A stretch of DNA of 64,000 nt. It comes from Macrostomum lignano (taxonomy: Eukaryota). Under the pieces are notes generated by a model. It saw nothing but the letters and a program-made list of their open reading frames with translations, was not told the DNA's origin and made no database searches. Positions 10,401 through 22,400 of the stretch are shown piece by piece. Both the position numbers and the translations under genes were made by a program. Where the stretch lies: assembly GCA_002269645.1 (NCBI GenBank), contig NIVC01001754.1:1-64000 (forward strand), in the 5' to 3' direction. The number at the start of each line of letters is the position of its first letter. Position 1 is the stretch's first letter.

Positions 10401-13400
10401 AATCGAAGATTCTGCCCTGCGTTCTCATTCCCGACGCGAATATCGTAGGACCTGATGCTGTTTTCCACTAAAGTATTTTTGTAGATCAAGAAGTCGACTG
10501 AAAGGCAAAAATGACTGACTATAAACGTGATTCTATAGATTACACTCAGAAGACCCTTTCTTAAAATGTCAAAAAATATTAATACGGGATCAAAATGTAA
10601 AACAATTGAACCGATGTATAAAAGAAAGGGGACACAGATCAATTGGTATTTGTTGTTTGAATAATTCCTTAAGTAACCTGCGAATCTCATTTCATTTCCT
10701 TACCTCCTTCGGCATTTTTCTGCTCGTCCCAACGGACCAGGGCGTCTGCAGCGTTGATTCCGCGCTGATGCCGCATCGCCTGCAGCACCAACTCGTGTCG
10801 CCTTATTGGTAAGAACTTCATCACGATTTCAATGGTAGCGTTGGTCAGAGTCTCCTGTGGAGCGCTGTCACCTGGGCTGACCTCGTTGAGGTGGAACACT
10901 ACGAAGTTGCAGAAGTGCACGGACTTGTCGTTGCACCGGTTAGATCGGCAGTGGAGGCCATCAAATACGAGTAGGACTCCACCATGGCCAATCCAAGTGT
11001 ACTCGTTGCGGATATTGGCTCGGAGACAGATGTACTCGGAGTATCGAGTAATGCGTTGTGCGGCAGTAAAAACAGCGTCTGTAACATCCTTCACGCGCTT
11101 TTCAGAATTTTTCCTTGTCTTTTCGAGCTTCTTTCTCCATGATTTCAGTTCCTCAGTAACAACCGAGTCGGTGAAGCTCAAGTTGTTCGCGCTGCAAAAG
11201 TTGGAAGTCAAGTTGAACATTCCCAGCCATCTGTTATTCCGTTTGTCCTGTCTCCACACAATTGGCACTTCGCAAAGAACAAACGCTTCGTTGTTGCTGA
11301 CTGAAACTGTAGCTGCTTCCATAGCAACAATGTTTTGCCAGATTTTAACGTACTCGTCAATATCCTGGTAAACTACTTTAATGTAGTGACGCAACAACTG
11401 CTCAAAACTGTCCACAGGACGGCGCCGATGCGCAAGGCAGATAGCAAAGGTATCGCAAATTTCGATAAGCTTCAGCGTCGGTACCAGCATTCCGTGATTG
11501 CTCATGGCGCCAATCTGACCATTTACTTCGTCGCCAAGATGGATGTCTCGGTAAAACCTCACGACGCTTCCGTGTCCATCCGGTGTAGAATAAACATTCG
11601 TTACACCTCTTCTGTCGCCTAAATCAGCTTCTAGAAAACTGCTACTCGACAATTCGCACTTTGAATAATCCCACTTGTGACGCTGAAGCTCATTCTTGGC
11701 CCGCAGCAGCTCCGTGGGTCTAAAACTTGTAACGGACGAAAAACTTGCAACCTTTATTGGATCACACCACGTCTGCGCCCCAGTGCGTCCTACTCTGTCG
11801 TTCGGAGACCGTTCAGCCGCTACAGTAGTATGTAGCAGGATTCGAGCTTTCCATTTGCAGCATACAGCCATGCTTGGTTCCTTCTCTTCGGGTTTTTCGC
11901 AAAGGTTTAAGAATCGATACTGTACAAGTTTGGCAAGTCTTGGTTCACTGTCCAGGTACTCGTGTCTGAACATAATCCCGTCTTCATCAAGTTGCGACAC
12001 TTGGATGACAACCCTTTGCGGCACCTCTTTAAGCTGAAGTGCCGTTTCGGAACCTTTACTACGACGACTAAAGCGTTTATTTCGAATAGTAGCGGCAGTT
12101 AAAAATCTGCAGATTTCATCAGATCCATAAGAGCATTCGACTGATTGAATGGATTTTAGACAAACCCGCAGTGCTCGGTGGACCATGATATCTGCATAAC
12201 GACGCATCGGACTTGTGAAGTGAACGTAGTCTTCCTTTTCCAAACTGAAATGAAGCCTGTTCTCTGAAGTGCTCTCACTGTACTGCGCCAGCTCACACAG
12301 TCCGTGCCAGTCCCGAATCGCCAGTTTCAAATGCGGAAACCGCCTCTCGTCGTACAAAAGCGACAATGCACCTTTGTTGTCGCCTCGTTGACAGAGCGCC
12401 CTAAGATTTTTTGCGTCCTCGTTGTGCATCTGGAACGGAATGTTCGAGCCCGGGACCTCCTTACCGACGAGTTTCAATGCGCGACTCAGCTCAGCAGAAT
12501 GTGTCGTCTTCGGTCCGTGCCGCATAATCCAACGGGTCACGTCGATCTCTCGAGGTCGCTGTTGCACTCGAATCGGGTAAGCTGGAACAGAATCCCGTTG
12601 CTTGTGTAGGAAGTCTCCGACTGCCGAGTTCGCAGCTAGCATCAGCTCCTCTACAAGTGCGCTCGTCTCGGGGTACGACTCGTTCTCCTGCCGAACAAAT
12701 GCAGCCTGACCGAGTCTTGCCAGTCTCCAATCTCGAGTCACCGACCATAGCCGGAGCAGCATCTGCTCGATTCGAGGCTCCAAGGCGCCTGTCTCGCCGT
12801 CAAGGACTCGCTGAACGTCCTCTTTGTTTAGACGCTTGTCAGATCGGATCACAGTCAGACAGATTCGGGAACTCTCTACAAGTCCATTGGCGTTCAAGCT
12901 AAACACGACTGACATGCATCGTCTGTCCTGTCCTTCGACCAGACTGATCGATTTTTCAGCGAGCTGTCGCGGCAGCATGTGATTAGTGAGGGCGCCCATT
13001 TGTTGGGCTCCTTTATTGGGATAGTATGTCGTGCCTCGACGTCTAGCCTCTTGATCGATTGGTGTGTTCTCACCTACAAACTCGGTCAAATCGGTAATGT
13101 GTACACCGACAATAAGCTTGCCGTTCTTTGCCACAGCCAGACTAATTGCATCATCCATGTCCTTCGTGTCCGGGCCGTCAATAGTCACAGTCAAATTATT
13201 TCTGAAGTCTTCTCTTTTTTCCGACTTTAGGTCCACCTTTTGCTGTACTCTTCTTTCGATAGCCATTACCTGTCGGGTCATCAGACTGCATGTCAGTTTG
13301 ATGTGCGGTGGCACCGAGAGGCTGACCTGAATCAGATCAAGGGTCTTTAAAAAGGACGGCTCCTTTAAAACGACATGCACGACTTTGCCTCTCGGGTACC

Positions 13401-14412
13401 ATCGGTCGACTGGCCAATCTTCAAAGCAAACAATGAACAGTTTATCGCAATCATGCTTTAGAATTCTTTCGCACCTTTTCTCAACAAACTCAATTTCCTC
13501 GCTGCTGTCATCCTCCACTGGACTGTACACAGACACAAAAGTTTTATTAGCGAAATCATGAGGACTCATACTAAGGATCTGAGAAGAGGAAAGCATTCCT
13601 TTAGCCTGTCTTTCAAGCATGGCTGGTGTCATGATTTTGTTGATTCTTCTCTGCTGCTTCCAAATAGCGAATCGGTTGTCGTATCCAATTTTCGGCACGC
13701 TCGCACACAGCGGCCTCATGAGAGTTCCGTAGTCTTCAATGACTTCGCACACGAACAGCTTGTACTTTAGCTTCTCATTCTGACGCCACATGCCGACAAC
13801 GGTGCCATGAGCTTCAACTCCGTTCTCATCGACCTCCAACACTTTGACGATTACCTCGTCGTCTTCGCAAGCTCTACCACTGTTGCTGCGCCCTTTCAGC
13901 TGAATCTTCTGTATCGGATCCTCGGCTGACAGCGGATAGGCCCAGGCGAGTTGCGGTCCGTCCAGGTGCAGTCGGCAGACCTTGTACTTGTCAGGCTTAT
14001 TCTGCAGTCGCTGCATAAGTTGCGCTTTAGTTTTCATGTTATAAGCTGGCTTGTCCATCAATCTGCCCCTGAAAATGCCTCTAGTGATGCTTAATTTGCT
14101 TGACTCAATGATTTCTACCACAAAGCGAGTACCATACGCCATCGTGATCTTCTTGTTCATGTAAATGTTCTTTGGACTGGCGTCATTGTCAGAACTGTCG
14201 ATTGGCACTGCAACTTGAGCAAAGTTGGAATCTACTCCAAGTGTGCAGATTTTGAAAATTTGTGGCTTTTCCTTTGCCAAGTCTTTTAGGCGGTTGACTG
14301 GATTCAAAATTCCGCTCTCGAAGTCGTCCAACTGTTGACGGTCTTGGAAGAAACGAACCAGCTCGAGCATCCTTTGGTCTCTGAATCTATCTGGGTCAGG
14401 TGGTTCCGCCAT
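7477..14412 (-). CDS. HELZ2: HELZ2-like RNB exoribonuclease fused to a UPF1-like SF1B helicase, copy A (about 2020 aa; exons 14412-10704, 10497-10321, 9950-8701, 8601-8161, 8068-7729, 7622-7477)
   Basis: RNB motifs: VTIDGPDTKDMDDAI, VEELMLAANSAVG, HFTSPMRRYADIMVHR. CSD-like IQLKGRSNSGRACEDDEVIVKVL. Helicase motifs: LIWGPPG|TGKT, ILCCGPSNRSVD, IIDEAG, LIGDHKQLAP, LNQQYRM|HP, TVIACQGSEFAYV, QTNVALTRAQRGLVIVG|N. All introns are GT-AG and phase-consistent. Start placed at GCCATGG (14412) by alignment with copy B; the ORF is open to 14505. Confidence 0.88.
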
Positions 14413-15199
14413 GGCTCTGACGGATGGACAAAGTAAAAGTGATTTTTGAGCATTATGTTCTACAGGACAAAGCAGGCCGGCTTGATTGGCACGGGTTTTC
14501 ACCATAGACTAAAATTTTTAATGGTTTTCAAGATTGTTTTCAATCTCTGATTAAATTAAAAGCTGCTAAGGTTGCATTTTGCTGAAACAACGTCTGCAAA
14601 CGGATGGCATTGGCACTAAATTCAGTGAAACGAATCAAACAGACTAAAACCCACAGATAAAATCGGTTATTGGAGAAGGACATTGTGGCCTTGTTACGAG
14701 TTACATGGATTTATATATATATATTAAGTATATATTACTTACCCTGATGCCTCTGACTTATCGGATCATGCAGTGGAGTTAAAAATTTGGTGATTAAAAG
14801 CAGCCAAAGCAGAGATGTCAAAGTTTTCACAACACGGGAAAATAAACGGCTTGCCTAGGCCCTTGCCTACGAGCAGATTATAAAGCGCTTCGTCGAAGCA
14901 GCTCACGGTTTTTCCAGTAAATTTCTTGAATCAGCTAGAAACAAAAGCTCACAGTACACTCCGAAGTACATTATTGAAAAGTTACACTTTCTCTCCTTAG
15001 CCTCAGTACACTTCTAGCTCACGTAGCTGTTACTGTTTTAAGTCTCCTGGAATTTCTGTCCGCAATGATAGCTATGCAGAAAGCAGGCAAATGTACGCAA
15101 CAATGTACGCGACCTTGCATTTGGACGCTTGCGAAAAGAGAAAAGCATTACGACAATTCAGTTTTCTGTCTCCGAATAACATCGCGGTGTGAGACTTAA

Positions 15200-15870
<671 letters not shown>

Positions 15871-16489
15871 TATTATTATTATTATTAATATTATCAGTAT
15901 CATCAATACATTGCTCATGCCAGCCATCCCGATAAAAGCTTGCATTGTGATTTAGCGGGACCGTGGTTGCAGTCGCGTGTTTCTCATTTTGCCATGCAAC
16001 CACAGTTGTGGAAAGTGCAACCGGTACGGTTAATCTACGAAGCTAAATATAGGCTTGACGCTTGGTTGCCAGACAGGGAGTATCAAGGGCTAGAGAGAGA
16101 AGAGAAGAGCAATTCACCTCCCCCTCTACCCCTTCTTCTGCGCTGTCCAGTAAAACGAAGCCATCTGCTATAATGCAGGGTATTTTTGTTTTGTAGCGTA
16201 CTTGCTTTTTAAGCGTACAGTCTGCATGTCTTGTACGCTCCGAAGCGTACACTAATAATAAATATTATACCTATAATACCTTGTATACAGCCGAAGTCTG
16301 ACCGTTGAAATTCCAGGAAATTTCAGGCAAACTACAAGCATAAGACGGCTATAATATTGGGAGCAGAGGCAGAAAAATTTTCTTTTTCGATAACTACAAG
16401 GCTTATCTAATTTTTTTCGAAACAGTTTGCTAGACTACAGGTATTGTAGCAAACGTGTTTAATAAAAAATTCTTGGTCCCTTAACAGCA

Positions 16490-19400
16490 ATGTCCCAACG
16501 AGTTGCCAACCGAGAGGAATTGCTTTCTATAATCCGGCTATTTGAAGACCGGCAACAAGAAGACGAATTTGAAGCCAGCATTTTGAGACCGAGGAATAAA
16601 TTGGAGGACCTGCTCAGGAACCAGCCCGATGTGTTCTACCGCTGCGTCCTGGGCAGTGATGCCAGTCGCTGTAGCTTCGCGGTGCCAGTGGATCGGGCTT
16701 TCCCAGAGAAAATCCAACTTGACGAGGAGATTTCGCTCACCCAAGGCTCGCAGTTTGTTGTGAAAGTCATCGATTTCAGTAGCGGACCCTTCCCAGTCGG
16801 GAGATTCTTCGGCAAGCTCACGGACAAGCCGCCATACGAGGCAATGCAGACACGAGCGCAGCTGCTTGAGCGAATGGCTGAACAGCCAGCCAAATATAAA
16901 ATCTGCCATCTTCACTTGGACGGTCCTCAGCTCGGTTGGGCCTTTCCGGTCTCGCCAGACGATCAAGTTTCTAAGATCCAGCTCAAAGGTCGCAGCAACT
17001 GCGGCAGGGCCTGCGAAGACGATCAGGTAATCGTTGAGTTGATGAATGCCGAGGAATTACAAGCCAACAATGGTCCTGGCGGACAGAGCAGTCAAACCAG
17101 CTTGGAGCCATCCGGTAGGGTTGTCGGGGTCTACAAGCAGCGCGTTAAGCTGCGCTACAAACTATTGGTATGCGAAATGCTCGACGCTCTCGGCACCTGC
17201 ATGCGACCTCTGTGCGGCACCGTGCCGAAGATCTCGTACGACAACTCGTTTGCTAGAAGAGAACACGAAAGGAGACAGAGAAGAAAGCCGCATGAGAAGA
17301 GACAGCTTCGCAAAAAATTCGGTTTGATTACTGAAAGAGAACGATTAAAAGAAATTTCCTACGATTATGCCAACAAAAATTTAGTCTCCATTTACCGACC
17401 TGTGCTCGATGAGGCTGAAAATCGATTTATATTCGTTGAAGATTCTGTTTTCAAAGTTATCAAACACGACTGTGAGCATCTCTTTGTGGTCTGCATCACT
17501 GAGTGGCCTGTACAGAATTACTATCCGAAAGGTAATGTGATTTGCGTGATTTCCAAGGCACATTCATTTAGTCAAGACGTTGAACTGCTGCAACTAATTC
17601 ATGGGATTCCACTCCCATACAGCGAAGATGATAAATTTCGAGACGTTGAAAGAATACGCGAAGTTGCCGGAAACGACTTCGTCCCGGAACGCAGAAATGA
17701 CTTCAGAAGTCACATTACCGTGACTATTGACGGTCCGGACACGAAGGACATGGATGATGCGATTAGTCTTAAGAAGCACAAAAATGGGAAGCTTACTGTA
17801 GGCGTGCACATCACGGATTTGGCTGAGTTTGTGGGTGAGGACACACCAATCGATCGAGAGGCCAGACGTCGAGGCGTAACATATTATCCAAGCGAAGGTG
17901 CCAAGCAAAAAGGAGCAACTGCAAACCACATGCTGCCGCGACAACTTGCCGAGTCTCTGATCAGTCTTGTCGAAGGACAGGACAGACGATGCGTGTCAGT
18001 CGTGTTTAACTTGAACGCCAATGGACTTGTAGAGAGTTCCCGAGTCTGTCTGACTGTGATCCGATCTGACAAGCGACTAAACAAAGAGGACGTTCAGCGA
18101 GTGCTTGACCGCGAGACAGGCGCCTTGAAGCCTCGAATCGAGCAGATGCTGCTCCGGCTATGGTCGGTCACTCGTGATTGGAGACTGGCAAGACTCGGTC
18201 AGGCTGCATTTGTTCGGCAGGAGAACGAGTCGTACCCCGAGACGAGCGCACTTGTAGAGGAGCTGATGCTAGCTGCGAACTCAGCGGTCGGAGACTTCCT
18301 GCACAGGCATGGGGATTCGGTTCCAGCTTACCCAATTCGAGTACAACAGCGACCTCGAGAGATCGACGTGACCCGTTGGATTGTGCGTCACGGACCGAAG
18401 GCGACACATTCTGCTGAGCTGAGTCGCGCATTGAAGCTCGTCGGTAAGGAGGTCCTGAGCTCGAACATTCCGTTCCAGATGCACAACGAGGACGCAGAAA
18501 ATCTTAGGGCGCTCTGTCAACGAGGCGACAACAAAGGCGCATTGTCGCTTCTGTACGACGAGAGACGGTTTCCGCATTTGAAACTGGCGATTCGGGACTG
18601 GCACGGACTGTGTGAGCTGGCGCAGTACAGTGAGAGCACTTCGGAGAACAGGCTTCATTTCAGTTTGGAAAAGGAAGACTACGTTCACTTCACGAGTCCA
18701 ATGCGTCGCTATGCAGATCTGATGGTCCATAGAGCGGTAAGATTCGTTCTTAACCAAGGAGAAAAGTATCTTGGGCCAACATCTGACATCAGTAAAGTCT
18801 GTGAACATTTGTCTGCCGTTCAGAAGAAGACTAGGCGGTTTGAATCCAGCTGTGAGTGTGCAGATTTTGGTGAGGATTTAGCAAAAAAGCCCGTTAGAGA
18901 TGTTGTACAGATTTCTTCAGTTGATAAGGATGGTCTTTCAGTGCAGCATAAGATGCTCGATCAGTCACCAAAAGTGGCTCGAACTGTCCAGTTTCGGTCG
19001 CTGAGTCTCAGCGCAGTGCCCAGCGTGATTGAGGAGGAAAAAATAGTTCGCTGCAACTGGACAGCCAGAATTCTTCGGCACACTGCCGCTGAAGTCGTTA
19101 CGAGCAGTGATACGGAAAAGTCTCGAAAAAGTCACCGAAGTGATATCAAAGTGGCGAACAGCAGCAATAACACATTTTTCCGGTCACGTGAGCTGCTGTC
19201 TATGAAGAAAGAGCTTTTAAGCAAAAATGGAGACTTTGAACAGTGCGGCGTTTCGAGTTTGGATTTGATCGAAGCAGACTTGACTGAAAGGCGCGGCGTT
19301 GCTAAGATTTATGCTTTGTCTGACACGGCCGGGAGCATCGTGAATTTTTATCGAGACTTTTTGCTTGGCGACGAAGTGCGAGCGCAAATTGGAGCAGTCA

Positions 19401-22400
19401 GGAATCACGGAATGCTCATTCCCACCGTTCAGCTGTTGGAAATCTGCGACACATTTTCAGTTTGCCTCGCGCATCGACGCCGACCAGCTGACAATTTCGA
19501 GCAGGTGGCTCAACGCCGCAGCAAGCGTTCATACGATGACGTGGTTGAGTATGCCGACATTTGGCAGGGCATTGTAGCGATGGAGTCTGCTTCAGTATCC
19601 ATCAGCAATAATGAAACTTTTGTACTCTGTGACGTGCCGCTTACGTGGAAATGGGACGACGAAAACAACCGCTGGTTGGGAATGTTCAATCTAACCGAGT
19701 CTCTGTGCCAGCGCAGAAACATCTGCTTTACAGACTCTGTACTGATTGAGAGTAATAAATCCTGGCAAAAAAAGTTGAACCAAAGCACTGAGACTAAGAA
19801 AGGTAAAAAGAGAGGCGTACCGGACGTTACCAATGCTGTTTTCAAGGCCGCGAAAAGCGTTAAACGCTATGCCGAATACATTTGCCTTCGTGCTGTGCAA
19901 GACGAGTACACGTGGGTTGGCCACGGTGGCATCCTGCTCGTGTTTGACGGCATCCATTGTCGGTCAGACCGGTGCAATGACAAGTCTGCGCACTTTTGCA
20001 ACTTTGTTGTCTTCCATTTGAACGAAGTCAGTCCCGTCGGCAGTGCTTCCCAAGAGACCCTCCGCCATGCTACCGTGGAGTTGATAATGAAGTTTCTGCC
20101 CATCAGAAGGCATGAATTAGTGTTGCAGACGTTGCGGGGCCAGAGCGAGCATCGAATCGCAGGAAGACTTGTACGATGGGATCAGAACGAGGATATCAGG
20201 GGTGGTAAGACAAATTACTTTGCTACTTGCTAAATAAATTACGTTTTCATCATTTTTTAAATTTGCATAAAAATCATAACTATATTTCAGTTGACGAAAT
20301 GTTGTACCGCAATGCTCTAGCTAAAAGCAAAACGCTGCCATTCCAAATTAGAGTTTCGGACAGACTCGTTCCCTGCAACAAGCAACAAGCAGAAGCTCTA
20401 AATGCAGCAGTGCAAAGACAGGTCTCCCTCATCTGGGGACCACCAGGTTAGAAAACACACTAAATGCCTATAAGTTCTTACAGCTTCTCAATTTATCCTT
20501 TGTCAATTTATCAAAAAATCTAAAACGCTGACACAGGAACAGGCAAGACAACAACAGGAGTAATGCTGATCTACTGGTTCGTATTCATCAACCATCACAG
20601 AAGCGATGGCTTCATGAATCTCGAGGACAGCAGTGAAGACGAGGATGAGGACGACAACGAAAGCGAAACCGAAGATACCTCTGCTGAGACTTCTAAGGAA
20701 AGTCAGGACGACGGCTTTCAGGTGGTTCAATACCCACATCGCAGAGGACATAAAATTCCCGGTCGAATGCCAGTCAGAACTTCTTCTTCTGACAGGTACA
20801 TGGGCAAGAGGCCGGAGAATCGAAAGCGTCAGAGTCGACGCCAGATCCTGTGCTGCGGACCGTCGAATCGCTCGGTCGACGTCATCATCGAGGCGTCTCG
20901 GGACTTGCTGGCTGACAAGTGTCCTTCAATGGTTCGAGTCTACAGCGAGCAGGTAGAGCGAATGCACTACCCCGTGCCCGGAGAGATTTCGACGGCCGAT
21001 GAAGTGTCGCCTGCAATGAAGCGCTTCGCACTGCACGAGCTCATTCGCAGCGAGAACAGCGACGACGCCTACATCATTGGCGGGTTCGATGACGCGTTCA
21101 AACTGCTTATTGGAAGCAAGACTGAGGCTCCAGTTCCCATGGAAGCAGCAATCAAAACCGCAGCCGGAAGAAACCCTCGGTTCGATAGGTTCATTCGAAA
21201 CAATCGACTGCGATCGAGACGTCGAGGCGCGTTGGAGCTCGCCGAGGAAGAGGCGGGAGAAGACGCACTCGTCCAGGGATGCGTGAAGCTTTACAAGGAC
21301 AAACTGCTAAAATCGAAAGAGCGGGTGCTGCAAAACTTCGATGTCGTACTTTGCACGACATCTGTCAGCTGCTCTTCTGTGCTGCAGCGAGCTTGTCGAT
21401 TCGTTCAGATCATCATCGACGAAGCTGGAATGTGCACTCAGCCTGAGCTGCTCGTTCCGATAGTTGGTCGACTAAACGTCGAAAAAGAAGTGCCTTCCTG
21501 TCTGGGAGTACAAAAAGCAAATCTCATAGGAACACCCGCATCTCAGTATGCGGAGAGAGTCGTGCTGATCGGCGACCACAAGCAGCTCGCTCCAATCATT
21601 CAGAGCAAGACGGCGGCAGAGTTGGGTCTGAGCAAGACGTTTCTCGAGATGCACTGCCTCGATTCGGTCATGCTCAACCAGCAGTACAGAATGGTGAGTT
21701 GCATTTAAAAAGCAGTCCCATTGCATAAACTCGACTTAAGACACTATGGCTACAGTCTTTATTGCCTCCATGTCCAATGCATGTACTTTCAGCATCCGAG
21801 CTTAGCGGACTTTCCGTCGAAGCGTTTCTACACCGTGAAAGGCTCCGGAGGTCTGTGCACCCAGCCGTCCAAGTCCTGGACGGGTGTCTTGGATGTCGAG
21901 ACCCGAACTCAAGGCAACGCTAGATGGACTGGGCTGAACTGGCATCGACTGGCTAAGCATGACTTGTTCGACAGTCGCGGTGCCAACGGAGTCAGAAGGC
22001 ACGGTCTCTTGACTCAGCGCAACGCGAACGTCCTTCACGGATGTTGGCCTGGTGTAAGACGCAATCAGCCTTTTGACACATTGCCCGATGTTCCAGCTAA
22101 GGATTTTCACCCCATGGGAGAGGAGGAGAGAATCGTCTTCCTGCATATCCAGGGTCAGGAGGAGCGAACACTCGTGGCCACCGAGGACGGTCGCGAAGAC
22201 TCATACAAGAACGAGCTGGAGATCAAGACTGTGGTGAGTTTCGTTGATGCCATGGTGAAGAACTCTAGATAGTGATGTAACCGCCCTTGTCGCCCGTCCG
22301 CTTCGTTGACGGGCGACAAGGGGCAATGACCGTAGGCTGCCTATGACCGGGCAATTACCTGACAGACCTCCAGCACTAGAATGTCCCACCCACATGATTG

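Noticed and set aside
13150-13200. Bacterial contamination or recent horizontal transfer suggested by the E. coli-like DMDDA motif and 3.7-kb intronless ORF
   Set aside because: The ORF splices through five GT-AG introns to a HELZ2-type helicase and has HELZ2-like flanking motifs.
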